Source: the human T2T-CHM13v2.0 reference genome, Homo sapiens. Taken from it: DNA of 64,000 bases. The notes beneath the pieces were generated by a model. It did not search any database. It was not told the origin of the DNA and saw only the letters and a program-made list of their open reading frames with translations. Below are positions 25,893 through 40,900 of this stretch, one piece after another. Position numbers and translations under genes: made by a program. The stretch's first letter is position 1. Each line of letters begins with the position of its first letter. The stretch lies in assembly GCF_009914755.1 (NCBI RefSeq), contig NC_060943.1; one strand, 5' to 3'.

Positions 25893-28800
25893 ATGATTCT
25901 CAGAAACTGCTTTGTGATGTGTGCGTTCAACTCACAGAGTTCCACCTTTCTTTTCATAGAGCAGTTGGGAAACACTCTGTTTGTAAAGTCTGCAAGTGGA
26001 TATTCAGACTTCTTTGAGGCCTTCGTTGGAAGCGGGATTTCTTCATATTCTGCTAGACAGAAGAATTCTCAGTAACTTCCTTGTGTTGTGTGTATTCAAC
26101 TCACAGAGTTGAACGATCCTTTACACAGAGCAGACTTGAAACACTCTTTTTGTGGAATTTGCAAGTGGAGATTTCAGCCGCTTTGAGGTCAATGGTAGAA
26201 TAGGAAATATCTTCCTATAGAAACTAGACAGAATGATTCTCAGAAACTCCTTTGTGATGTGTGCGTTCAACTCACAGAGTTCAACCTTTCTTTTCATAGA
26301 GCAGTTGGGAAACACTCTGTTTGTAAAGTCTGCAAGTGGATATTCAGACTTCTTTGAGGCCTTCGTTGGAAGCGGGATTTCTTCATGTTCTGCTAGACAG
26401 AAGAATTCTCAGAAACTTCCTTGTGTTGTGTGTTTTCAACTCACAGAGTTGAACGATCCTTTACACAGAGCAGACTTGAAACACTCCTTTTGTGGAATTT
26501 GCAAGTGGAGATTTCAGCCGCTTTGAGGTCAATGGTATAATAGGAAATATCTTCCTATAGAAAGTAGACAGAATGATTCTCAGAAACTCCTTTGTGATGT
26601 GTGCGTTCAACTCACAGAGTTCAACCTTTCTTTTCATAGAGCAGTTGGGAAACACTCTGTTTGTAAAGTCTGCAAGTGGATATTCAGACTTCTTTGAGGC
26701 CTTCGTTGGAAGCGGGATTTCTTCATATTCTGCTAGACAGAAGAATTCTCAGTAACTGCCTTGTGTTGTGTGTATTCAACTCACAGAGTTGAACGATCCT
26801 TTACACAGAGCAGACTTGAAACACTCTTTTTGTGGAATTTGCAAGTGGAGATTTCAGCCGCTTTGAGGTCAATGGTAGAATAGGAAATATCTTCCTATAG
26901 AAACTAGACAGAATGATTCTCAGAAACTCCTTTGTGATGTGTGCGTTCAACTCACAGAGTTTACCCTTTCTTTTCATAGAGCAGTTAGGAAACACTCTGT
27001 TTGTAAAGTCTGCAAGTGGATATTCAGACATCCTTGAGGCTTTCGTTGGAAACGGGATTTCTTCATATTCTGCCAGAAAGAAGAATTCTCAGTAACTTCC
27101 TTGTGTTGTGTGTATTCAACTCACAGAGTTGAACGATCCTTTACACAGAGCAGACTTGAAACACTCTTTTTGTGGAATTTGCAAGTGGAGATTTCAGTCG
27201 CTTTGAGGTCAATGGTAGAATAGGAAATATCTTCCTATAGAAACTAGACAGAATGATTCTCAGAAACTCCTTTGTGATGTGTGCGTTCAACTCACAGAGT
27301 TTACCCTTTCTTTTCATAGAGCAGTTAGGAAACACTCTGTTTGTAAAGTCTGCAAGTGGATATTCAGACATCCTTGAGGCTTTCGTTGGAAACGGGATTT
27401 CTTCATATTCTGCTAGAAAGAAGAATTCTCAGTAACTTCCTTGTGTTGTGTGTATTCAACTCACAGAGTTGAACGATCCTTTACACAGAGCAGACTTGAA
27501 ACACTCTTTTTGTGGAATTTGCAAGTGGAGATTTCAGCCGCTTTGAGGTCAATGGTAGAATAGGAAATATCTTCCTATAGAAACTAGACAGAATGATTCT
27601 CAGAAACTCCTTTGTGATGTGTGCGTTCAACTCACAGAGTTTAACCTTTCTTTTCATAGAGCAGTTGGGAAACACTCTGTTTGTAAAGTCTGCAAGTGGA
27701 TATTCAGACATCCTTGAGGCTTTCGTTGGAAACGGGATTTCTTCATATTCTGCTAGAAAGAAGAATTCTCAGTAACTTCCTTGTGTTGTGTGTATTCAAC
27801 TCACAGAGTTGAACGATCCTTTACACAGAGCAGACTTGAAACACTCTTTTTGTGGAATTTGCAAGTGGAGATTTCAGCCGCTTTGAGGTCAATGGTAGAA
27901 TAGGAAATATCTTCCTATAGAAACTAGACAGAATGATTCTCAGAAACTCCTTTGTGATGTGTGCGTTCAACTCACACAGTTTAACCTTTCTTTTCATAGA
28001 GCAGTTAGGAAACACTCTGTTTGTAAAGTCTGCAAGTGGATATTCAGACCTCCTTGAGGCCTTCGTTGGAAACGGGATTTCTTCATATTATGCTAGACAG
28101 AAGAATTCTCAGTAACTTCCTTGTGTTGTGTGTATTCAACTCACAGAGTTGAACGATCCTTTACACAGAGCAGACTTGAAACACTCCTTTTGTGGAATTT
28201 GCAAGTGGAGATTTCAGCCGCTTTGAGGTCAATGGTAGAATAGGAAATATCTTCCTATAGAAAGTAGACAGAATGATTCTCAGAAACTCCTTTGTGATGT
28301 GTGCGTTCAACTCACAGAGTTTAACCTTTCTTTTCATAGAGCAGTTAGGAAACACTCTGTTTGTAAAGTCTGCAAGTGGATATTCAGACCTCCTTGAGGC
28401 CTTCGTTGGAAACGGGATTTCTTCATATTATGCTAGACAGAAGAATTCTCAGTAACTTCCTTGTGTTGTGTGTATTCAACTCATAGAGTTGAACGATCCT
28501 TTACACAGAGCAGACTTGAAACACTCTTTTTGTGGAATTTGCAAGTGGAGATTTCAGCCGCTTTGAGTTCAATGGTAGAATAGGAAATATCTTCCTATAG
28601 AAACTAGACAGAATGATTCTCAGAAACTCCTTTGTGATGTGTGCGTTCACCTCACAGAGTTCAACCTTTCTTTTCATAGAGCAGTTGGGAAACACTCTGT
28701 TTGTAAAGTCTGCAAGTGGATATTCAGACTTCTTTGAGGCCTTCGTTGGAAGCGGGATTTCTTCATATTCTGCTAGACAGAAGAATTCTCAGTAACTGCC

Positions 28801-31800
28801 TTGTGTTGTGTGTATTCAACTCACAGAGTTGAACGATCCTTTACACAGAGCAGACTTGAAACACTCTTTTTGTGGAATTTGCAAGTGGAGATTTCAGCCG
28901 CTTTGAGGTCAATGGTAGAATAGGAAATATCTTCCTATAGAAACTAGACAGAATGATTCTCAGAAACTCCTTTGTGATGTGTGCGTTCAACTCACAGAGT
29001 TTAACCTTTCTTTTCATAGAGCAGTTAGGAAACACTCTGTTTGTAAAGTCTGCAAGTGGATATTCAGACCTCCTTGAGGCCTTCGTTGGAAACGGGATTT
29101 CTTCATATTATGCTAGACAGAAGAATTCTCAGTAACTTCCTTGTGTTGTGTGTATTCAACTCACAGAGTTGAACGATCCTTTACACAGAGCAGACTTGAA
29201 ACACTCTTTTTGTGGAATTTGCAAGTGGAGATTTCAGCCGCTTTGAGGTCAATGGTAGAATAGGAAATATCTTCCTATAGAAACTAGACAGAATGATTCT
29301 CAGAAACTCCTTTGTGATGTGTGCGTTCAACTCACAGAGTTCAACCTTTCTTTTCATAGAGCAGTTGGGAAACACTCTGTTTGTAAAGTCTGCAAGTGGA
29401 TATTCAGACTTCTTTGAGGCCTTCGTTGGAAGCGGGATTTCTTCATATTCTGCTAGACAGAAGAATTCTCAGTAACTGCCTTGTGTTGTGTTTATTCAAC
29501 TCACAGAGTTGAACGATCCTTTACACAGAGCAGACTTGAAACACTCTTTTTGTGGAATTTGCAAGTGGAGATTTCAGCCGCTTTGAGGTCAATGGTAGAA
29601 TAGGAAATATCTTCCTATAGAAACTAGACAGAATGATTCTCAGAAACTCCTTTGTGATGTGTGCGTTCAACTCACAGAGTTTAACCTTTCTTTTCATAGA
29701 GCAGTTAGGAAACACTCTGTTTGTAAAGTCTGCAAGTGGATATTCAGACATCCTTGAGGCTTTCGTTGGAAACGGGATTTCTTCATATTCTGCTAGAAAA
29801 AAGAATTCCCAGTAACTTCCTTGTGTTGTGTGTATTCAACTCACAGAGTTGAACGATCCTTTACACAGAGCAGACTTGAAACACTCTTTTTGTGGAATTT
29901 GCAAGTGGAGATTTCAGCCGCTTTGAGGTCAATGGTAGAATAGGAAATATCTTCCTATAGAAACTAGACAGAATGATTCTCAGAAACTCCTTTGTGATGT
30001 GTGCGTTCAACTCACACAGTTTAACCTTTCTTTTCATAGAGCAGTTAGGAAACACTCTGTTTGTAAAGTCTGCAAGTGGATATTCAGACCTCCTTGAGGC
30101 CTTCGTTGGAAACGGGATTTCTTCATATTATGCTAGACAGAAGAATTCTCAGGAACTTCCTTGTGTTGTGTGTATTCAACTCACAGAGTTGAACGATCCT
30201 TTACACAGAGCAGACTTGAAACACTCTTTTTGTGGAATTTGCAAGTGGAGATTTCAGCCGCTTTGAGTTCAATGGTAGAATAGGAAATATCTTCCTATAG
30301 AAAGTACACAGAATGATTCTCAGAAACTGCTTTGTGATGTGTGCGTTCAACTCACAGAGTTCAACCTTTCTTTTCATAGAGCAGTTGGGAAACACTCTGT
30401 TTGTAAAGTCTGCAAGTGGATATTCAGACTTCTTTGAGGCCTTCGTTGGAAGCGGGATTTCTTCATATTCTGCTAGACAGAAGAATTCTCAGTAACTTCC
30501 TTGTGTTGTGTGTATTCAACTCACAGAGTTGAACGATCCTTTACACAGAGCAGACTTGAAACACTCTTTTTGTGGAATTTGCAAGTGGAGATTTCAGCCG
30601 CTTTGAGGTCAATGGTAGAATAGGAAATATCTTCCTATAGAAACTAGACAGAATGATTCTCAGAAACTCCTTTGTGATGTGTGCGTTCAACTCACAGAGT
30701 TCAACCTTTCTTTTCATAGAGCAGTTGGGAAACACTCTGTTTGTAAAGTCTGCAAGTGGATATTCAGACTTCTTTGAGGCCTTCGTTGGAAGCGGGATTT
30801 CTTCATGTTCTGCTAGACAGAAGAATTCTCAGAAACTTCCTTGTGTTGTGTGTTTTCAACTCACAGAGTTGAACGATCCTTTACACAGAGCAGACTTGAA
30901 ACACTCCTTTTGTGGAATTTGCAAGTGGAGATTTCAGCCGCTTTGAGGTCAATGGTAGAATAGGAAATATCTTCCTATAGAAAGTAGACAGAATGATTCT
31001 CAGAAACTCCTTTGTGATGTGTGCGTTCAACTCACAGAGTTTAACCTTTCTTTTCATAGAGCAGTTAGGAAACACTCTGTTTGTAAAGTCTGCAAGTGGA
31101 TATTCAGACCTCCTTGAGGCCTTCTTTGGAAACAGGATTTCTTCATATTCTGCTAGACAGAAGAATTCTCAGTAACTTCCTTGTGTTGTGTGTATTCAAC
31201 TCACAGAGTTGAACGATCCTTTACACAGAGCAGACTTGAAACACTCTTTTTGTGGAATTTGCAAGTGGAGATTTCAGCCGCTTTGAGTTCAATGGTAGAA
31301 TAGGAAATATCTTCCTATAGAAACTAGACAGAATGATTCTCATAACTCCTTTGTGATGTGTGCGTTCAACTCACAGAGTTCAACCTTTCTTTTCATAGAG
31401 CAGTTGGGAAACACTCTGTTTGTAAAGTCTGCAAGTGGATATTCAGACTTCTTTGAGGCCTTCGTTGGAAGCGGGATTTCTTCATATTCTGCTAGACAGA
31501 AGAATTCTCAGTAACTGCCTTGTGTTGTGTGTATTCAACTCACAGAGTTGAACGATCCTTTACACAGAGCAGACTTGAAACACTCTTTTTGTGGAATTTG
31601 CAAGTGGAGATTTCAGCCGCTTTGAGGTCAATGGTAGAATAGGAAATATCTTCCTATAGAAACTAGACAGAATGATTCTCAGAAACTCCTTTGTGATGTG
31701 TGCGTTCAACTCACACAGTTTAACCTTTCTTTTCATAGAGCAGTTAGGAAACACTCTGTTTGTAAAGTCTGCAAGTGGATATTCAGACCTCCTTGAGGCC

Positions 31801-34800
31801 TTCGTTGGAAACGGGATTTCTTCATATTATGCTAGACAGAAGAATTCTCAGGAACTTCCTTGTGTTGTGTGTATTCAACTCACAGAGTTGAACGATCCTT
31901 TACACAGAGCAGACTTGAAACACTCTTTTTGTGGAATTTGCAAGTGGAGATTTCAGCCGCTTTGAGTTCAATGGTAGAATAGGAAATATCTTCCTATAGA
32001 AAGTACACAGAATGATTCTCAGAAACTGCTTTGTGATGTGTGCGTTCAACTCACAGAGTTCCACCTTTCTTTTCATAGAGCAGTTGGGAAACACTCTGTT
32101 TGTAAAGTCTGCAAGTGGATATTCAGACTTCTTTGAGGCCTTCGTTGGAAGCGGGATTTCTTCATGTTCTGCTAGACAGAAGAATTCTCAGAAACTTCCT
32201 TGTGTTGTGTGTTTTCAACTCACAGAGTTGAACGATCCTTTACACAGAGCAGACTTGAAACACTCCTTTTGTGGAATTTGCAAGTGGAGATTTCAGCCGC
32301 TTTGAGGTCAATGGTATAATAGGAAATATCTTCCTATAGAAAGTAGACAGAATGATTCTCAGAAACTCCTTTGTGATGTGTGCGTTCAACTCACAGAGTT
32401 CAACCTTTCTTTTCATAGAGCAGTTGGGAAACACTCTGTTTGTAAAGTCTGCAAGTGGATATTCAGACTTCTTTGAGGCCTTCGTTGGAAGCGGGATTTC
32501 TTCATATTCTGCTAGACAGAAGAATTCTCAGTAACTGCCTTGTGTTGTGTGTATTCAACTCACAGAGTTGAACGATCCTTTACACAGAGCAGACTTGAAA
32601 CACTCTTTTTGTGGAATTTGCAAGTGGAGATTTCAGCCGCTTTGAGGTCAATGGTAGAATAGGAAATATCTTCCTATAGAAACTAGACAGAATGATTCTC
32701 AGAAACTCCTTTGTGATGTGTGCGTTCAACTCACAGAGTTTAACCTTTCTTTTCATAGAGCAGTTAGGAAACACTCTGTTTGTAAAGTCTGCAAGTGGAT
32801 ATTCAGACATCCTTGAGGCTTTCGTTGGAAACGGGATTTCTTCATATTCTGCCAGAAAGAAGAATTCTCAGTAACTTCCTTGTGTTGTGTGTATTCAACT
32901 CACAGAGTTGAACGATCCTTTACACAGAGCAGACTTGAAACACTCTTTTTGTGGAATTTGCAAGTGGAGATTTCAGTCGCTTTGAGGTCAATGGTAGAAT
33001 AGGAAATATCTTCCTATAGAAACTAGACAGAATGATTCTCAGAAACTCCTTTGTGATGTGTGCGTTCAACTCACAGAGTTTACCCTTTCTTTTCATAGAG
33101 CAGTTAGGAAACACTCTGTTTGTAAAGTCTGCAAGTGGATATTCAGACATCCTTGAGGCTTTCGTTGGAAACGGGATTTCTTCATATTCTGCTAGAAAGA
33201 AGAATTCTCAGTAACTTCCTTGTGTTGTGTGTATTCAACTCACAGAGTTGAACGATCCTTTACACAGAGCAGACTTGAAACACTCTTTTTGTGGAATTTG
33301 CAAGTGGAGATTTCAGCCGCTTTGAGGTCAATGGTAGAATAGGAAATATCTTCCTATAGAAACTAGACAGAATGATTCTCAGAAACTCCTTTGTGATGTG
33401 TGCGTTCAACTCACAGAGTTTAACCTTTCTTTTCATAGAGCAGTTGGGAAACACTCTGTTTGTAAAGTCTGCAAGTGGATATTCAGACATCCTTGAGGCT
33501 TTCGTTGGAAACGGGATTTCTTCATATTCTGCTAGAAAGAAGAATTCTCAGTAACTTCCTTGTGTTGTGTGTATTCAACTCACAGAGTTGAACGATCCTT
33601 TACACAGAGCAGACTTGAAACACTCTTTTTGTGGAATTTGCAAGTGGAGATTTCAGCCGCTTTGAGGTCAATGGTAGAATAGGAAATATCTTCCTATAGA
33701 AACTAGACAGAATGATTCTCAGAAACTCCTTTGTGATGTGTGCGTTCAACTCACACAGTTTAACCTTTCTTTTCATAGAGCAGTTGGGAAACACTCTGTT
33801 TGTAAAGTCTGCAAGTGGATATTCAGACCTCCTTGAGGCCTTCGTTGGAAACGGGATTTCTTCATATTATGCTAGACAGAAGAATTCTCAGTAACTTCCT
33901 TGTGTTGTGTGTATTCAACTCACAGAGTTGAATGATCCTTTACACAGAGCAGACTTGAAACACTCCTTTTGTGGAATTTGCAAGTGGAGATTTCAGCCGC
34001 TTTGAGGTCAATGGTAGAATAGGAAATATCTTCCTATAGAAAGTAGACAGAATGATTCTCAGAAACTCCTTTGTGATGTGTGCGTTCAACTCACAGAGTT
34101 TAACCTTTCTTTTCATAGAGCAGTTAGGAAACACTCTGTTTGTAAAGTCTGCAAGTGGATATTCAGACCTCCTTGAGGCCTTCGTTGGAAACGGGATTTC
34201 TTCATATTATGCTAGACAGAAGAATTCTCAGTAACTTCCTTGTGTTGTGTGTATTCAACTCATAGAGTTGAACGATCCTTTACACAGAGCAGACTTGAAA
34301 CACTCTTTTTGTGGAATTTGCAAGTGGAGATTTCAGCCGCTTTGAGTTCAATGGTAGAATAGGAAATATCTTCCTATAGAAACTAGACAGAATGATTCTC
34401 AGAAACTCCTTTGTGATGTGTGCGTTCACCTCACAGAGTTCAACCTTTCTTTTCATAGAGCAGTTTGGAAACACTCTGTTTGTAAAGTCTGCAAGTGGAT
34501 ATTCAGACTTCTTTGAGGCCTTCGTTGGAAGCGGGATTTCTTCATATTCTGCTAGACAGAAGAATTCTCAGTAACTGCCTTGTGTTGTGTGTATTCAACT
34601 CACAGAGTTGAACGATCCTTTACACAGAGCAGACTTGAAACACTCTTTTTGTGGAATTTGCAAGTGGAGATTTCAGCCGCTTTGAGGTCAATGGTAGAAT
34701 AGGAAATATCTTCCTATAGAAACTAGACAGAATGATTCTCAGAAACTCCTTTGTGATGTGTGCGTTCAACTCACAGAGTTTAACCTTTCTTTTCATAGAG

Positions 34801-37450
34801 CAGTTAGGAAACACTCTGTTTGTAAAGTCTGCAAGTGGATATTCAGACCTCCTTGAGGCCTTCGTTGGAAACGGGATTTCTTCATATTATGCTAGACAGA
34901 AGAATTCTCAGTAACTTCCTTGTGTTGTGTGTATTCAACTCACAGAGTTGAACGATCCTTTACACAGAGCAGACTTGAAACACTCTTTTTGTGGAATTTG
35001 CAAGTGGAGATTTCAGCCGCTTTGAGGTCAATGGTAGAATAGGAAATATCTTCCTATAGAAACTAGACAGAATGATTCTCAGAAACTCCTTTGTGATGTG
35101 TGCGTTCAACTCACAGAGTTCAACCTTTCTTTTCATAGAGCAGTTGGGAAACACTCTGTTTGTAAAGTCTGCAAGTGGATATTCAGACTTCTTTGAGGCC
35201 TTCGTTGGAAGCGGGATTTCTTCATATTCTGCTAGACAGAAGAATTCTCAGTAACTGCCTTGTGTTGTGTTTCTTCAACTCACAGAGTTGAACGATCCTT
35301 TACACAGAGCAGACTTGAAACACTCTTTTTGTGGAATTTGCAAGTGGAGATTTCAGCCGCTTTGAGGTCAATGGTAGAATAGGAAATATCTTCCTATAGA
35401 AACTAGACAGAATGATTCTCAGAAACTCCTTTGTGATGTGTGCGTTCAACTCAAAGAGTTTAACCTTTCTTTTCATAGAGCAGTTAGGAAACACTCTGTT
35501 TGTAAAGTCTGCAAGTGGATATTCAGACATCCTTGAGGCTTTCGTTGGAAACGGGATTTCTTCATATTCTGCTAGAAAAAAGAATTCCCAGTAACTTCCT
35601 TGTGTTGTGTGTATTCAACTCACAGAGTTGAACGATCCTTTACACAGAGCAGACTTGAAACACTCTTTTTGTGGAATTTGCAAGTGGAGATTTCAGCCGC
35701 TTTGAGGTCAATGGTAGAATAGGAAATATCTTCCTATAGAAACTAGACAGAATGATTCTCAGAAACTCCTTTGTGATGTGTGCGTTCAACTCACACAGTT
35801 TAACCTTTCTTTTCATAGAGCAGTTAGGAAACACTCTGTTTGTAAAGTCTGCAAGTGGATATTCAGACCTCCTTGAGGCCTTCGTTGGAAACGGGATTTC
35901 TTCATATTATGCTAGACAGAAGAATTCTCAGGAACTTCCTTGTGTTGTGTGTATTCAACTCACAGAGTTGAACGATCCTTTACACAGAGCAGACTTGAAA
36001 CACTCTTTTTGTGGAATTTGCAAGTGGAGATTTCAGCCGCTTTGAGTTCAATGGTAGAATAGGAAATATCTTCCTATAGAAAGTACACAGAATGATTCTC
36101 AGAAACTGCTTTGTGATGTGTGCGTTCAACTCACAGAGTTCAACCTTTCTTTTCATAGAGCAGTTGGGAAACACTCTGTTTGTAAAGTCTGCAAGTGGAT
36201 ATTCAGACTTCTTTGAGGCCTTCGTTGGAAGCGGGATTTCTTCATATTCTGCTAGACAGAAGAATTCTCAGTAACTTCCTTGTGTTGTGTGTATTCAACT
36301 CACAGAGTTGAACGATCCTTTACACAGAGCAGACTTGAAACACTCTTTTTGTGGAATTTGCAAGTGGAGATTTCAGCCGCTTTGAGGTCAATGGTAGAAT
36401 AGGAAATATCTTCCTATAGAAACTAGACAGAATGATTCTCAGAAACTCCTTTGTGATGTGTGCGTTCAACTCACAGAGTTCAACCTTTCTTTTCATAGAG
36501 CAGTTGGGAAACACTCTGTTTGTAAAGTCTGCAAGTGGATATTCAGACTTCTTTGAGGCCTTCGTTGGAAGCGGGATTTCTTCATGTTCTGCTAGACAGA
36601 AGAATTCTCAGAAACTTCCTTGTGTTGTGTGTTTTCAACTCACAGAGTTGAACGATCCTTTACACAGAGCAGACTTGAAACACTCCTTTTGTGGAATTTG
36701 CAAGTGGAGATTTCAGCCGCTTTGAGGTCAATGGTAGAATAGGAAATATCTTCCTATAGAAAGTAGACAGAATGATTCTCAGAAACTCCTTTGTGATGTG
36801 TGCGTTCAACTCACAGAGTTTAACCTTTCTTTTCATAGAGCAGTTAGGAAACACTCTGTTTGTAAAGTCTGCAAGTGGATATTCAGACCTCCTTGAGGCC
36901 TTCTTTGGAAACAGGATTTCTTCATATTCTGCTAGACAGAAGAATTCTCAGTAACTTCCTTGTGTTGTGTGTATTCAACTCACAGAGTTGAACGATCCTT
37001 TACACAGAGCAGACTTGAAACACTCTTTTTGTGGAATTTGCAAGTGGAGATTTCAGCCGCTTTGAGTTCAATGGTAGAATAGGAAATATCTTCCTATAGA
37101 AACTAGACAGAATGATTCTCATAACTCCTTTGTGATGTGTGCGTTCAACTCACAGAGTTCAACCTTTCTTTTCATAGAGCAGTTGGGAAACACTCTGTTT
37201 GTAAAGTCTGCAAGTGGATATTCAGACTTCTTTGAGGCCTTCGTTGGAAGCGGGATTTCTTCATATTCTGCTAGACAGAAGAATTCTCAGTAACTGCCTT
37301 GTGTTGTGTGTATTCAACTCACAGAGTTGAACGATCCTTTACACAGAGCAGACTTGAAACACTCTTTTTGTGGAATTTGCAAGTGGAGATTTCAGCCGCT
37401 TTGAGGTCAATGGTAGAATAGGAAATATCTTCCTATAGAAACTAGACAGA
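25893..37450 (+). repeat. Near-tandem duplication of about 5.8-6.1 kb (17-18 dimers)
   Basis: Private variants pair at offset 5779: 26538/32317, 27198/32977, and doubly mutated boxes in dimers 30993/36772. One pair is at offset 6119: 25943/32062. Confidence 0.9.
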
Positions 37451-37975
37451 ATGATTCTCAGAAACTCCTTTGTGATGTGTGCGTTCAACTCACAGAGTTT
37501 AACCTTTCTTTTCATAGAGCAGTTAGGAAACACTCTGTTTGTAAAGTCTGCAAGTGGATATTCAGACCTCCTTGAGGCCTTCGTTGGAAACGGGATTTCT
37601 TCATATTATGCTAGACAGAAGAATTCTCAGTAACTTCCTTGTGTTGTGTGTATTCAACTCACAGAGTTGAACGATCCTTTACACAGAGCAGACTTGAAAC
37701 ACTCTTTTTGTGGAATTTGCAAGTGGAGATTTCAGCCGCTTTGAGGTCAATGGTAGAATAGGAAATATCTTCCTATAGAAACTAGACAGAATGATTCTCA
37801 GAAACTCCTTTGTGATGTGTGCGTTCAACTCACAGAGTTCAACCTTTCTTTTCATAGAGCAGTTGGGAAACACTCTGTTTGTAAAGTCTGCAAGTGGATA
37901 TTCAGACTTCTTTGAGGCCTTCGTTGGAAGCGGGATTTCTTCATATTCTGCTAGACAGAAGAATTCTCAGTAACT

Positions 37976-40900
37976 GCCTTGTGTTGTGTGTATTCAACTC
38001 ACAGAGTTGAACGATCCTTTACACAGAGCAGACTTGAAACACTCTTTTTGTGGAATTTGCAAGTGGAGATTTCAGCCGCTTTGAGGTCAATGGTAGAATA
38101 GGAAATATCTTCCTATAGAAACTAGACAGAATGATTCTCAGAAACTCCTTTGTGATGTGTGCGTTCAACTCACAGAGTTTACCCTTTCTTTTCATAGAGC
38201 AGTTAGGAAACACTCTGTTTGTAAAGTCTGCAAGTGGATATTCAGACATCCTTGAGGCTTTCGTTGGAAACGGGATTTCTTCATATTCTGCCAGAAAGAA
38301 GAATTCTCAGTAACTTCCTTGTGTTGTGTGTATTCAACTCACAGAGTTGAACGATCCTTTACACAGAGCAGACTTGAAACACTCTTTTTGTGGAATTTGC
38401 AAGTGGAGATTTCAGCCGCTTTGAGGTCAATGGTAGAATAGGAAATATCTTCCTATAGAAACTAGACAGAATGATTCTCAGAAACTCCTTTGTGATGTGT
38501 GCGTTCAACTCACAGAGTTTAAACTTTCTTTTCATAGAGCAGTTAGGAAACACTCTGTTTGTAAAGTCTGCAAGTGGATATTCAGACCTCCTTGAGGCCT
38601 TCGTTGGAAACGGGATTTCTTCATATTATGCTAGACAGAAGAATTCTCAGTAACTTCCTTGTGTTGTGTGTATTCAACTCACAGAGTTGAACGATCCTTT
38701 ACACAGAGCAGACTTGAAACACTCTTTTTGTGGAATTTGCAAGTGGAGATTTCAGCCGCTTTGAGGTCAATGGTAGAATAGGAAATATCTTCCTATAGAA
38801 ACTAGACAGAATGATTCTCAGAAACTCCTTTGTGATGTGTGCGTTCAACTCACAGAGTTCAACCTTTCTTTTCATAGAGCAGTTGGGAAACACTCTGTTT
38901 GTAAAGTCTGCAAGTGGATATTCAGACTTCTTTGAGGCCTTCGTTGGAAGCGGGATTTCTTCATATTCTGCTAGACAGAAGAATTCTCAGTAACTGCCTT
39001 GTGTTGTGTGTATTCAACTCACAGAGTTGAACGATCCTTTACACAGAGCAGACTTGAAACACTCTTTTTGTGGAATTTGCAAGTGGAGATTTCAGCCGCT
39101 TTGAGGTCAATGGTAGAATAGGAAATATCTTCCTATAGAAACTAGACAGAATGATTCTCAGAAACTCCTTTGTGATGTGTGCGTTCAACTCACAGAGTTT
39201 ACCCTTTCTTTTCATAGAGCAGTTAGGAAACACTCTGTTTGTAAAGTCTGCAAGTGGATATTCAGACATCCTTGAGGCTTTCGTTGGAAACCGGATTTCT
39301 TCATATTCTGCCAGAAAGAAGAATTCTCAGTAACTTCCTTGTGTTGTGTGTATTCAACTCACAGAGTTGAACGATCCTTTACACAGAGCAGACTTGAAAC
39401 ACTCTTTTTGTGGAATTTGCAAGTGGAGATTTCAGCCGCTTTGAGGTCAATGGTAGAATAGGAAATATCTTCCTATAGAAACTAGACAGAATGATTCTCA
39501 GAAACTCCTTTGTGATGTGTGCGTTCAACTCACAGAGTTTAACCATTCTTTTCATAGAGCAGTTAGGAAACACTCTGTTTGTAAAGTCTGCAAGTGGATA
39601 TTCAGACATCCTTGAGGCTTTCGTTGGAAACGGGATTTCTTCATATTCTGCTAGAAAGAAGAATTCTCAGTAACTTCCTTGTGTTGTGTGTATTCAACTC
39701 ACAGAGTTGAACGATCCTTTACACAGAGCAGACTTGAAACACTCTTTTTGTGGAATTTGCAAGTGGAGATTTCAGCCGCTTTGAGGTCAATGGTAGAATA
39801 GGAAATATCTTCCTATAGAAACTAGACAGAATGATTCTCAGAAACTCCTTTGTGATGTGTGCGTTCAACTCACAGAGTTTAACCTTTCTTTTCATAGAGC
39901 AGTTGGGAAACACTCTGTTTGTAAGGTCTGCAAGTGGATATTCAGACATCCTTGAGGCTTTCGTTGGAAACGGGATTTCTTCATATTCTGCTAGAAAGAA
40001 GAATTCTCAGTAACTTCCTTGTGTTGTGTGTATTCAACTCACAGAGTTGAACGATCCTTTACACAGAGCAGACTTGAAACACTCTTTTTGTGGAATTTGC
40101 AAGTGGAGATTTCAGCCGCTTTGAGGTCAATGGTAGAATAGGAAATATCTTCCTATAGAAACTAGACAGAATGATTCTCAGAAACTCCTTTGTGATGTGT
40201 GCGTTCAACTCACACAGTTTAACCTTTCTTTTCATAGAGCAGTTAGGAAACACTCTGTTTGTAAAGTCTGCAAGTGGATATTCAGACCTCCTTGAGGCCT
40301 TCGTTGGAAACGGGATTTCTTCATATTATGCTAGACAGAAGAATTCTCAGTAACTTCCTTGTGTTGTGTGTATTCAACTCACAGAGTTGAACGATCCTTT
40401 ACACAGAGCAGACTTGAAACACTCCTTTTGTGGAATTTGCAAGTGGAGATTTCAGCCGCTTTGAGGTCAATGGTAGAATAGGAAATATCTTCCTATAGAA
40501 AGTAGACAGAATGATTCTCAGAAACTCCTTTGTGATGTGTGCGTTCAACTCACAGAGTTTAACCTTTCTTTTCAGAGAGCAGTTAGGAAACACTCTGTTT
40601 GTAAAGTCTGCAAGTGGATATTCAGACCTCCTTGAGGCCTTCGTTGGAAACGGGATTTCTTCATATTATGCTAGACAGAAGAATTCTCAGTAACTTCCTT
40701 GTGTTGTGTGTATTCAACTCACAGAGTTGAACGATCCTTTACACAGAGCAGACTTGAAACACTCTTTTTGTGGAATTTGCAAGTGGAGATTTCAGCCGCT
40801 TTGAGTTCAATGGTAGAATAGGAAATATCTTCCTATAGAAACTAGACAGAATGATTCTCAGAAACTCCTTTGTGATGTGTGCGTTCACCTCACAGAGTTC

